Assembly (NCBI GenBank): GCA_030704615.1
Contig: CM060733.1
Span: forward strand, 26,226,001 to 26,290,000
DNA: 64,000 bases
Source of the DNA: Takakia lepidozioides
Taxonomy: Eukaryota; Plantae; Bryophyta
Direction: 5' to 3'
Both the position numbers and the translations under genes were made by a program. Shown piece by piece: positions 36,860 to 49,500 of the stretch. The stretch's first letter is position 1, and each line of letters begins with the position of its first letter. The notes beneath the pieces were generated by a model. That model searched no databases. It saw only the letters and a program-made list of their open reading frames with translations, and was not told the DNA's origin.

Positions 36860-39794
36860 TACCTCCCCACAAAATACCACAGACAACCACTGATCCCCCC
36901 CACACAACTTAACCGACACAAATGCCTATATCATCGAAGCTATATTGGGGGTCAAAACCCAAACATCACTCAACGCCTTCGGTGCCATCTGTATAGATAC
37001 ATATTACCACTGCAAATGGGCTGGATACTCCTCCGAAGACAATACATGGCAAATCGAGGATGACCTATTCGGCCCCCATAACGACTGTGACCCAGACCAT
37101 AACCTGGCTCTTCTCACCACCTTCCATAAACATACCAACTCCGACTACCTAACACATATCCATCATCAACATACCACCCCCATTCAATCCACAGACACCC
37201 GCTACGTTCATCAACCACTCTTTGCCCCCAACGTACACATCTGCACTCCCCAAATACCTTAGATGGAAAGAACCTACCCTAACCTTGATCCTACATGTAC
37301 TGCACCCCCAGCATACCAACATATCAATACCCTTCGGGCACCAACTCGAACAGGTACTAATCATAACTCATAAAATGAAGGCCACCATCCACTACCCATA
37401 TACAGCCTCCCACACACGTGCAATCACCACCCCCTTTAGAATCTAAACAAACAAAGCCTGGCACATGGGACAACCGCATCCCCCCCAAGTACCACAAGCA
37501 ACCACTTCTCCCCCTCTTCCTTTAGCATATCAACAAAACACCACCCTCAAATACTCCCCTGCAAACTTACATTACACTGATGGATCCCTTACCAACCATA
37601 CTGCAGGAGGGTAAGTGCAGACTACACTGGCTCAAAAGTGGCAGATGTGCCCTCCACTGAAAGTCCATGAGAAAAAATTAATTAAATTTTTATTTAAGGA
37701 TATTTGTTCAAATATAAATTTTATCTTCATAGGTAATAGTATACTAATCATATTTAGTAAATGCTCTCATCCCAAATATTTGAGATATGTTTTTTTATAA
37801 TTGTTTTTTAACATTTTTTCATATTTAGAAATAATAGCTATTTATTATTATCTTGTAGTTTATGAAATTTGTCCATATAACAATAAGCTCCTAGAGACAA
37901 TAACAATATATATATTCTTAGCAAAGATCTCCATCCAAATATGAGTTTTTCAAAATGCTATGGACAAATCGTCATTTTGGGGGTTTTTTGGGTACAAAAA
38001 AGTCCATAGTGTCTTGATGGATGGAATTGTTCACAAATTTCTATATATGTGTCTATTCAAACATTGTGTATCTAGTTGTAAAGTCCATATATGAATTGGT
38101 TTTGCACAATGCATTTGGGACATAATTAGATGGACTGTGACAGTCCATTGGAATTCCCTACAAAAGTCCATAGCTTCATGAGATTTCATCCAAATTCCAA
38201 AATAATTGTACCCACATGTACATATGGTAAGTGGCTAACCCATTCTAAGTCCATTTGCTATGAATGTATACTTATGTGTATAGGGTGAAGAATAATATGA
38301 CAAGCAGTCAGTCGAAAACTGCAAATTGCAGTCCAACTGAGCCAGTGTAGTCTGCATCTACCCAGGATATGGAATCTACCATGCCGGAAATGGTCAAGGG
38401 ATTGCCCTCCGGCTCCCTGGCCCTGCCACCATCCTACGAGCAGAGCTTATGGCCATCCACGATGCTCTCTCCCTACTTGAAGCCTTCCCCCTCCCCCCCA
38501 TATTATATCTTCAATTATAGCCTCACCTCCCTATATCTTATCCGCAACCACGTTTCTTGCCCCTCTTTCCAACATCATCACCCGGACCGTAACCTTATTG
38601 CCGCCATTGCTCAAAAAGCCATCTCTATAAACCACCCTGTACATCTGCTTAAAGTCCGTTCACACACAGGTATCCACGGTAATGAGGAAGCAGACCTACT
38701 CGCTCAGCTCGGTGCCTCCCAACCTCCAGTATTACCAACGACTGATCCTATCCACATCGCACACACACACCCATTCTGGTTTATACACCCAGTCCCCGAC
38801 CCACCTGCACCCAGACCAGTTTGCAACCTTTTGACCACCTTGACCAAAGAAGCAAACAAACAAGCTGCCGCCTCCATCAGCCATACCAAAATGCACATAC
38901 AAAACTCAATCCGATGTACTACATCATAAACTTTCTAACTACTTCTGGCTAACTAAAGCCACCACGGACACACAAATCCGACAAACACTCAAATTCAGGT
39001 ACGCCCAATATATGGATCACCAACGCAAACACATATTTTGGCCGCACATGTTCCCATCCCCATTCTGTCCACTATGCTCTACGACCCACCAAGCACGTGA
39101 CACCTGGCCGCATCTCTTGAGACAATGTACGCACCCGGTCATACATGGTCTGCATATCACGAGACACAACCAGACAGTTTGGCACCTCCATAAACTATTC
39201 CAAAAACGCGCAAAAACCCGATGGTTCTCTCTCATGAATGCTGGTACCTACCAAGGCCGGCCACTAGACCACATTGTGCCACCGTGGCTGCTGCCATGCA
39301 CATGTACTCGAGCCCCATGTTCTTGCCCAGCAGGCTTTGCCCAGACATACTTCTAGTACATGGCTTACCCATCAACGCTATGTCCCCCACTTCCTCATCC
39401 CCACAACTCATCATCCACTTCATTGAATTCACATTCTGCCACATCAATAACATACACTATAATTTCCAAATTCCCATCCTACCAATACTCAAATGCTTCA
39501 AAGATATTCACCTCACGACACTCCGCTCACTCACAGCTATTATTATCAACAAACGCCAGCTCGAATCCGGCACTTCAAATATCCCCTAGGTCCCCCAGGG
39601 TACCCCTGGGTACCCAGGGGTACCAATATCCACCCATATTCAACGATATGTGGGTGCCCACAGGCACACCACCCCCCCCCCCCTCTCCTCCCCTCTCGTT
39701 ATATATAGGGCCCACCCCCGAAAGGGGGCAGAGCCCCAAGGTGAAGTGGCTCTTAGTTACGCCGGCTTTAGCCGGAGTCTTCTCTCTCTCTCTT
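36860..39794 (+). mobile_element. 5'-truncated non-LTR retrotransposon, Dualen/RandI-like: chromodomain + RNase H + CCHC + restriction-like endonuclease
   Basis: Chromodomain: YIIEAIL...YHCKWAGYSSEDNTW. RNase H: YTDGS..AG.GIY..TILRAEL.AI..KVRSHTGIHGNEEADLLA. CCHC + RLE: CPLC...HLL..C...RHN...PDIL...IEF. The 3' UTR ends in a (TC)n tail. Confidence 0.75.
37609..38363. mobile_element. Non-autonomous TIR element with 4-bp TSD (Sola2-like), inserted in the LINE RNase H
   Basis: 26-bp TIRs GGGTAAGTGCAGACTACACTGGCTCA / TGAGCCAGTGTAGTCTGCATCTACCC and TSD AGGA. Removing it restores YTDGSLTNHTAG|YGIYH in frame. Confidence 0.85.
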
Positions 39795-40392
39795 ACCAAC
39801 CAACCCGCAAAGCTCGTAAGTTCAAGGACTTGGGAGAGAACATCAGGTTCCATACTCAGTTATCAGAGTTGAAGTCGATATGTGTTTGAAAGAAGCATCG
39901 GCAATGGACTTCTACAAGGTCTTGGCCACTATGTGTCACTACAACAGATTGTGGCTTTTATGACTCCCATGGATGCGCAGTCATGACAGATTTGTGGCAA
40001 AAATGCCATTTGCAGTCGTAAATGCCTTTGAAGTCATAACGCCGGTCTGGGGAAAGGCGTATATGCGACTGCATGACTCCAGACTCTGCGCAACACAGGT
40101 CAAACATGTTTGACCACGAATATAGGCATGGTGGATATGACTATCAGTCACGTTCATGGCTACACTGGAATGACGTGTGCATATTGCTAGACGGACATAT
40201 GACTTTATGACTCTCACTCTAATGTATTCTGCCAAATCATCACTTGGAAGAATCACTACATGACTGCACGTGTATGCTTTTCTGGTTATATATATAATAT
40301 ATGAGTATTTATATCTGGAAAAAACAGAGACTCTGACCACTAGAATGAATTAAAAAAACAAAAAAAAATCAAAGTGCAAAAGATTTAAAAAA

Positions 40393-40583
40393 AGCTCATC
40401 GGCTGGTAAGTGCACATTGTGTCGCCCTGGTGGTTCGGGGTTCAAACCCGCTGCCCTACCCCGTATGTGGGATTGTTCGTGACGGTATGTCTGGGCTGAT
40501 CGTCCTGTAGGTCTCATGGCCCATAAATGAAAGGGGGTTAATTTTTCCCCCTCCTCAAGGGCTTGAGGTTTCCTTAAAAAAAA
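40393..40583 (+). mobile_element. tRNA-derived SINE-like element
   Basis: AGCTCATCGGCTGGTAAG (A-box-like), GGTTCAAACC (B box) and an A-rich tail. A similar head occurs at ~45740-45850. Confidence 0.5.
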
Positions 40584-40904
40584 GAAAAAAAGAAAAAGAA
40601 AATCAAAAAGTTGCTTATAGGGTTTGCAAAAAGGTTAAAAAACTTAAAAAGTTGCCCATCGCGATAGCCGTGAAAGGACTTAGAGTGAGCGGGAGGGAGA
40701 GAGAGAGGGCTGGGACTTACAGCCAGCGAGCGGGAGGGAGGGCAAACATGCATGGGAGGCCCGCAGTTGGAGCAACCTTCGCATCTGAAGCAAGCAACCC
40801 TAGAAATGCTAGGGTATGTGTGCGAGGAGGTTTCGGCTGGGAGCTCGCCGTTCTTGGGAGAGTTAGCTTCAAACAATGAGATATTGAAGAGGGATGATTT
40901 TTAC

Positions 40905-43900
40905 CTTTCCTGTCTGAGTGTGTAGAGGGGTGGTATTGATGCAAGTATATTTCCTTGATAATACGGAAATAAAGTTGCCCCTGGAGTAAGAAAAGAGCTC
41001 CAATGCAAAGGAATCATCGGAGCCCTGCAAGAACACCAAGCATCCATTGTCATCCAACAGGTCATTAGCAATGGAGAATGCATACTCCCAACACCGTTTA
41101 TCAAAAGCATTCCAGGGAGGAACCTGTACACCATCCAAACAGCCCTGTACAGGCATTCCTGTAGGGCAGTCCACGATGATCATGTCGACAGCCACAGGCA
41201 CGCTTTTTCCATCCACAACACTAGACCAAGTTCCTGGCAACTGCAAACAACATATAGAAAATGTAGGAGTCAACAGCTGGATGATGAGGATGAAAAAACA
41301 TCGAAGAATTCCTTACATTCAAATTTGTTTGTTGTTGGAAACTCACATTTTTGAAGAACTCCATGAGCTCTTTCAAGGTCGCATCAGGAGATGTACTTGA
41401 GGCCTCCACCATATCAATGAAATGAGTAGGCATGATCTTCATGCGATACATGCTAGGTGCACCACCGGAAAATGACACTGCACTGTAAGGATGTTCGCCT
41501 GCCTTTGGCTTGTTTCCTCGAGTAGTAGGTGCAGGCACTACAACCAACTGATTTGAAGGATGTGAAGAACTACCAATAGGACCAGCAATAAAAGCCACAC
41601 TTGCATTGGGGGCCACACCTGCATTGACATCCGCACCTTTTCTTTTTCGTGATTTGCGTTTTGGTACACCCACAACCGCAGGGACCACTTGGGCTACAGC
41701 GTCAGCGGCCTGTGTAGCAATCTGTTCTGCATGCTCCAGATCAAGAACAGGGATTTTAGTAGAGATACCCCCTTCATCACTCACTGACTGCCTGCGAACA
41801 CATTCCTTATGAAGTCCCATTTCTGCATAGGGGATAGTACCCTTGGGCATATCCAAATACCACCCCCCTCCCTTCCCGGTGTTCCACACCCCAATCTTCC
41901 TCAATTGCAGGTGTGTACATGGAAGCTTGTTGAGCACCAAACTTCCAGGCCATCAGAAACTTGGGCTCAGCCTTAAGTCGACCACTCGGTACAAGCACAA
42001 ATCTCATGTACCTAAAATACAAACACATTCAAAGTTATTGTGGAGACAAATATTTATGCAACCTGTTCAACAATTGAACAAGCACATTAAGAAACATGTA
42101 TATCCCAATGTACTAGAGAAATACTTGAAGCATAGACATTTTTTACTTACAAGGTGTATACACTGTCCATGTACAATGCAATGGAAAGATTGTACCTGAA
42201 TAAAATCCGTCTCACCACCTTCTCCCCACCTGTTTGTTGTTCCCAATCATTGCCTCTGAATGGCCCCTTTGGCAATGAGAACTCTCTATGAAACAACTCA
42301 TTGAAATGAGTTATCTTCCATGTATCCATGTAGTCTCCCAAACTTTCACTCTCTCCTTCCTCCAAGGCAACATGAAATTGGCCAAGCTGAGTGGTGTACA
42401 AGGCAAACTGAGCCAAGGCAACCTTGCGAAGCTGCCAGAAAATACAGTCAGTTAAATAACCATGTTAATGTGTCATCAACAAAATGAATCAATTGCATTG
42501 AGAAGATAGTGATTGTATATGTACCTGCCACCAAAAAGTCCTTCTATTCAGCCAAGGATCAAGTGTTGGCCCACTGATAGGCCCGGGTGGAAAAAAATTA
42601 CGGTCGTGAAGTGTTTGGTCTCCATTCCATATATGTAGCCATTCCACCTTTTTTTCAGGATCCACCCGGGTTGTAGCAATGTTCACCATTTTCTCTTGGG
42701 TCGTTTCCTCTGATCCTGCCTTTACACGTGACCAATGCAGTTTAAGTTCTTGGAGAAACCCCTCTCCAAGGGTTGGATCAGCAATAGGAAGCAACTTCAC
42801 AAGCTGACTCTTATGTTGCTCCCTTGCTTTCAATCCAGCCTGTCTCATTGTATCTTCAAGGCCCTCTTGACTCTTTGGCCCCTCAGCAAGTTTGTAAGCT
42901 TCCCCCGCCATGCGTTGGGCCTCAAAATATCATGCTGCCAAAAGAACCAAAACAGTTCATAACATGAACTAGAGGTGAATCTTGTCTATGGATGCAAAGA
43001 ATGAAACTTGGTTAAGACATGATGTTACCTTGTACAAAATCTCTGTCATTGCATGGACTGTCAGGTTATACCAAGTCTTTCCTGCTTTCTTGATGCATTC
43101 GTCGTATTGCTCTTTCCTCAATACATTCTTCCATTCAGAGACAGGTGTAAGGCCAATCATATTGACCTTGCAAACCAAGTGCACAAATTTGGATGTAACA
43201 TGTGCCTTATCTGTTGCCCTGCACATATAAAATGTGATCATTAGAAAGAAGATGTGTATATGTACATCCATTGAGCAAGAACATGACAACATTGAACATG
43301 AAAGTAAATGAAGAATAGAAAGGAAACTCACACATTCACTCCATCCATGATGGACCTGAGGGAACCACGATTTTCAATGTCCGCATTGAGCACCCAACTT
43401 GTCACACAAACATGTCTTGATAAGTTGGCCCCATGAACTTCATTGATATAGGGATACCATGCTTGAAGCCTATGATTCTCATCCCAGACATGAAACATCT
43501 TCCCCGAAGATGATGCAACTTTGGCTTGGACTCAAGATACTTCTCAAACTCATCATTGACTGTTTTCCAATGACTATCCCATGTAGAGATGATATCAGGA
43601 CCCACATCTATAGTAGATCCATCAATCCCTTCAACAGAAACATAGAACACGGCTGCTCCTAGATGGTATCCAGAGTAGAAGTCTTCTCTAAGCTTTAGGA
43701 TGTCGTTGGCAAGGGCGGGCCTAACAACCTGCATAGAAATCATGCGACACAATGGAATGTCCATAATTCCATCCTCAATGAGGAGGGACCTGAAAGTTAC
43801 ATTCAGATCTTGTTTCTTTTCCAGAATAATTGCCTGTTTGGCATCTAGAGAAAGATAATCACTAGATGTTGTATCTTCTTCATACTCATCTGCCCCCCAA

Positions 43901-43975
43901 TTCCCTGCATCAATGTCGTCAATAATGGTTGCAAGCGTCCCGACCTCCACAGCTTCAGTTGTAGTAGTAATTTCC
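40905..43975 (-). pseudogene. Multi-exon ParB/Srx-like domain + N-terminal half of a beta-class N4/N6 DNA methyltransferase
   Basis: After a 1-nt frameshift the sequence reads KMFHVWDENHRLQAW (ParB DG.HR-type box). GT-AG introns are present. The last exon has VDMIIVDCPTG (motif IV position)...PPWN...LLDDNGCLVF and ends at a phase-0 donor, AAG|GTAAAA, at 40905. Confidence 0.65.
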
Positions 43976-44189
43976 TAATTCCATAGACCAAAACAGTCAA
44001 GATGTCAGTGTATGAGAAGAGCAAATGTGTGAATGTATAATATGTAAAAAGAGCAGTTCAGTGTCATGGTTGCATGAAGAAAACAAATGAATTTGGATAG
44101 TCAACTAATTCCATGAATATCCTTGTCTTTCAAAGCTTACAACTTGAGCAGAATACAGGCCTGAGCATCCCGACAGAGGACCTTCGACC

Positions 44190-45305
44190 ACCTACGCCGA
44201 CGCATATGACACATATGTGCAACCAACTCAGAATTTGACAAGCTTTGAGGCCCTCGAAGAAATATTTGCTCACGAAGCTCCAAGCATATGCGCCGGAACA
44301 TACCATGGAAGGGAGGTTGTAGCCAAACATACAGAAGCACCTTGAAAGATCAAACCATGCCTATGGAAGTATGTGGAGTTGTGGAGGTGGCAACGTAGAA
44401 GCTTTGAGATACTTGAATAATGTGATCAACCAAAATAGGGAAGGTTCCCCAAGCGTCTGCGCCGACGGAGGTGGCAGCCTCGACACTTTGGAGCTTACGT
44501 AACACAAGGAATATACAACAAAAAACCAAGCTCCAAGCATCTCCGCCGGCGGAGATGCTTGTAGGAGGTTCCTGAAACCTAGGAGCTGAGCAAAAAAAGA
44601 TTGTGCTCAATGGGTATGCGCCGGCGGATATGGCAGCCCAGCCCACTCGGAGCATCAACAACTTATGAGAATGCGGAGAAACAAAGGAGATGGAAGGGGG
44701 GGAGAACTTCCTGAAATATATGAGCAGCCCTGCTCCACGGGTCTGCGTTGACAGAGGTGATAGCCTTGGCGCTTTGGAGCTTCCATAACACAGGGAATAT
44801 GCAAAAAAAACCAAGTTCCAAGTGTCTCCGCCGGCGGAGACGCTTGCAGGAGGTTCCTGAAACCTATGAGCTGAGCAAAAAAGAATGTACTCAATGGGTA
44901 TGCGCCGACGGATATGCCAGGCCAGCCCGCTCGGAGCATCAACAACTTTTGAGCATGCGAAAAAATAAAGGAGATGGAAAATGGGACAACTTCCTGAAAC
45001 ATTTGAGCAGCCCTGCTGCACGGGTATGCGCCGGCGGATACACCAGCCCAACCCGCTCGGAGCATCAACAATGTATGAGCATGCAAAAGAATAAATGGGA
45101 TGGGAGTGGAGGAGTGCTTCCTGAAACATGTGAGCATCCCAGCTCCAACGGTATGCGCCGGCGGAGGTGGCAGCCCAGCCCTTCCAAGCATCGGGAAAAA
45201 CCAAGGGGAATGAGCTGTCTCCGCCGGCGGAGACGGTTGTGTGTATGTGTAGAGATTCGCAAACCTGTGAGAGTTGAAGTGACTTAGGCATTTGCGCCGG
45301 CGGAG
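44190..45305. repeat. Higher-order tandem repeat (~285-bp period) built on CGCCGGCG palindromes
   Basis: CGCCG(G/A)CG at 44195, 44460, 44544, 44619, 44829, 44903, 45029, 45156, 45222 and 45295, with a perfect 28-bp palindrome at 44534-44561. Confidence 0.9.
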
Positions 45306-46551
45306 GTGCTAGATTAGGAGCAGCTTGGTGGGGCTTATGCGATGGCGCATATGCCTAAGTGCAGGTCATGAAATCGAAACAAAACTGCAGCTTATCTTCT
45401 CCGTCCGCAGCTGGTCTCTACCACCACCACCACCACCAACGCCTCCCCCTCGAGTGTCCTTCTTCCTCCCCATCGCCGCAACAACTCGTTGCCTCGGGGT
45501 GGTATAGTATAAGGTGGAGATGCGGTGCTTCCGTCTCCTCTTCGCAACGAGAGTCTCTAAGTGCTTGTGTAGTTTGTGTGTGTTTGTTTGGGGGAGTGGA
45601 AAGCAAGGGATAATGTGCAGGTATACTAGACTACGTTAGTGTAGTAATGATACCGGGTTAGTCATGTAGTAATGGCAACAAGTTTAGCTGAATAGAAACA
45701 GTTTATTAACAAAAAAAAATAGAAGTTGTTTCATTGAATAGAGCATGGTAAGGTTGTGGTGTACTTTCCACTAGGTTGCGGGTTCAAACCTGTGCCCACC
45801 AAGGAGAGCGGGGGGGAAAGGGGGGCGAAGGCGAAGGCTAAGGCCTTAAAAAGGCCAAATCTGAAATGTGAACCTTTTTTATACACTCTGGCGTTAGTGC
45901 TTTTTGCTTTTTGACTCAAGCCTGAAAATTTTATTCTATTTGTCTAGGTTTTGTTTCAAACACGTTTCAAAACAAGACATTTTTGTCAATTACACTAATG
46001 GACTACATGGGTTACACGTGGATCCTCAGAAGATGGTTGTACGATTGACATGTTACTTTATGGCGGCGCCTTCATAATATAATATAAAGTAAGTGATAAA
46101 GTAACTGAACATTTTGTTATGGGTGTCTTAATCAATTTATTGGTTTTAGACTCAATTGTCGCTACAAATACTTGTACTCATTACTCATACATGAGTAATC
46201 AAAGAACAAATCAACATACATGTCATGGGATTTGATTGTAAATAAATTGTGCCGTCTAGTGTGTCAGTTCATAGTTGGACGATTAATCAACAATTGGTTG
46301 TATAATAATGGAAACATGGAGAGCATTTATGTTTCATATGCTCATAAGAAGAAGGCAGTACATTGGATTCTAAGATCTCAACAACGGCGCCGTCGTCTTA
46401 AAAAGGGGATAGTCCATTTAGTTGTTTCTGTCAGAGAGTAATATGGATGGAGCACATGTCTCAAAAAAATTGGACCTTCTGGATTGATGATACACATAAG
46501 TAATGTAAGCCATTTAATGTATTTGCATAAGGTCTTACAAGATGTGCACTT

Positions 46552-49500
46552 TTGTTCATTTTGCATCTCCTCTCAAACTTTGAGGGCATTGCCAAATGTT
46601 TACACCAAAATATGCTTTCACGTCCACTTGATGCAAAAGTGGTTCGTTATCCTTGCAATGGAAACAAGTGCATTATCCCAGAACCTTGGTTATGCAATAG
46701 ATTCAAACTTGTTCGGGGTTCAGTTTTTTTGGAGGATGATGGAGATGACGATGCCTCCACAGTGTTGCTTCCAGTTTTCAATGACGGCCAAAAGCAATGG
46801 GAGTTGTTTCCAGACACTTTCTCCAAGTACCGTGTCACAGGTACGAGCTATACACAGTCACATGATGAAAGGCACATTTCTATTGCAAGGAAGAACGAAC
46901 AAGCTGCAACAAATGGGAGTTGTAAATTGAAGGAGGAGGTTGCAGATTCGGCGAGCTTGGGGTCTCATAATTCGGATTGTGTTGAGGTTTCTAAGAGTGT
47001 ATTTTGTGGATCTCAACCTTCCTCATCTGCTCATATGGTCTTGCTTCACGACATGAAGCCTCGGAAAACTCCATTGGACAACACCACGTCTGATTGTTGC
47101 GAATCTGCGAGGGGTTTATCTTCATCTCCACGACTAGCAGGGGAGGCTACATCTGCATTTCCTTCTGGTGTGTTGTCCATTTTGAGTATCTTGGCCACTG
47201 CTTGGAGAAATGGATCAAAAGGGGAGCTTTCTACCTTGGACTATAGTCACATTCCAGTGCATCGTGTTCAGTGTCTTCCTTGAGCTTTTGATGGAAAAGT
47301 GATCCACGAACTCCCTCCCGTGGTCAAACTACGTACGGACCGTGGTTCACAGTCCCTCCAAGGCATGGACCGCAAGTTTGATGGTCATCCTTGGTGCAAG
47401 ACCAATACCTACAATATGTTTGGTGTTCCAGATCATATGAAATGTAGTAAGGTTCTTTGTGTTGGAAAGCTCATATGTCAAAGCAGCACTTGCCCCTTCT
47501 TCAAGAAAGAAGGAGAACGGAATGACCGCTATTGGGAAGGCAATGCAGACAAGGTATTCATTGCAGGAGCCCAAGTTCCATTCAACCAGTTCAAATGTAG
47601 TTTCTGCAAAGAAAGACCTTTCTGTGAGGCACATTGTGGGGCAAGAATGTACTATGTCACAAGTTCCCTTCCAACATATACACGTGTTGCAGTTCACGTT
47701 GGGTTTCATAACCATCCATGTGCCAAGGGCGAGAATAGAGAGGCTGCGGAAAATGCATCAAGCATGATTCAAGAGCACGTTAAGATGAAGCCATGGTCGA
47801 CCCCGGGAGCTATTTCCTTGTCAATGGCCCAGAAGCTCTTGATTGATCGAGTTCTTGTGGCTGATGGCACAGAGACAGTACGTCTTGAGGTAGAGGCTTT
47901 GGAAGATATTCTTGAAGAGTTTGCCCATGTTTGTAGCCCCAATGTGAAAAACAAGGTCGCATCTGCAAGTGTCAATTCCATCATGTCCATATTGGAGTTG
48001 AAGCGTCTGAGTACATACCATTTCATTCACAGCAATCTCCTTCCAGGCCAGCATACTTCTCATCTCCCCCATGTTTTCAAGATGTCTGTTGCTGGTCCCG
48101 GGAGTGGTGTTGATCTTGTGCGTCACATGAGTGAGGGAGATCTACGCACAAGTTGGGTAGTATTTGACCATGTCAAACGCATCAAGGATTGGACAACTTT
48201 TGCGTGTCATGTCTATGAATCATATATCAAGCGAATGATGACCATTGCCATGCAGATGCTCAGGTGTTATTCTGGGAGATGATCAATGAACAAGCAAAAC
48301 TTGCTGGCTTGAACAAACCAAATTTTGCTGGCTTCATGGCGGATGCAGAAGGAGCGAATTGGGCTGCTGTTCGAAGAGTTTATGGATCTGATCCCAATGT
48401 CCCAATGGAAGGTAAAGAAAGAACATGTTTATATCATTGGGCTGAAAGCCTCCGAAGATACACCAACGACTACATCTTGGAGGACTTCCGTGAAAGGCAC
48501 ACTCAGCTCTGTCATGAATGGAAAGATAGTGCTACCTCGGAGGATGCTACAACCACATACATTGCAATTCGGGCTTGGTGGCTCTCTTTAGGAGCATGCA
48601 CAGAAAAGAGTCTGCCAAAACTAGATTCATGGCTTGCATGGTGGCACTACAGATATCGAATATGGGGCCAATGGATGAGAGAGGACATGGATGTGGAGGC
48701 AGATGCAGATATGCCTACCACTAATTTGTCTGAGGCAGTCCATTCTGCTTCGTGGAAGACAGCAGGCAATGGGAAAAAAAATGAAGGTGGATCTATATGA
48801 GGCCACCATGCATGACATGTCACGAGCTCTTTTGCAGCAGGCAACATTTTACAGGCACACCACAGGAAAGACATGGGGGACGGGGCCCGACAAAGAGGAG
48901 CTCATGTTGCGTCAAGCAGCTAGATCTAATAGCCCAGCAAAAATGGGTAAGGTTGTACGTGGCATAGTAGCTGGAACACCCATGCACACAAGGGGGGTTC
49001 AATTGGAGGGAGACAATCGCACTATTCCAGTCAAACGCAAGTTAGGCGATGAGCATGGTGGGCCAAATGAATCTTGGAGGTGTGATATGAATGTAAAGAC
49101 CGTTCCAGTGCGCGCCACTGGGATGCCCAGTCCACACCAGCCATCTAGGTTTGTCAGCTCCAAATCAAATTATGACATTCCTGGTTCTTCAACTTTCTTT
49201 GAGACAAATCCACATGTTGCTATCCCTCCTCAGCCAATGCAATGGGAAATCCAGTGAGAGAGACACAAGACTTTTCCGATGCATTGTTCAGGATTCAGCG
49301 GACATGTCTTGCTTCCATGGTTCGTTGTTCTGCCTTGGTTGGAGTCTCCAAGGATAAATGCAAAGCGCTCATCAGGAAAGGTAAAGGAAGTCCTGCACCT
49401 TGCTTCACTGGCAAGTTACTAGCAACATGAAAGAACCAAAACTGCAAGTTTTTTGGTTTTGCCCCACAGATGTTTTGTCGTGTGTTGGAGGGACCGTGCC

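Noticed and set aside
44350-45291. 313-aa and overlapping ORFs in the palindrome array
   Set aside because: The translations are repetitive products of a GC-rich tandem repeat, open in several frames, with no domain signature.
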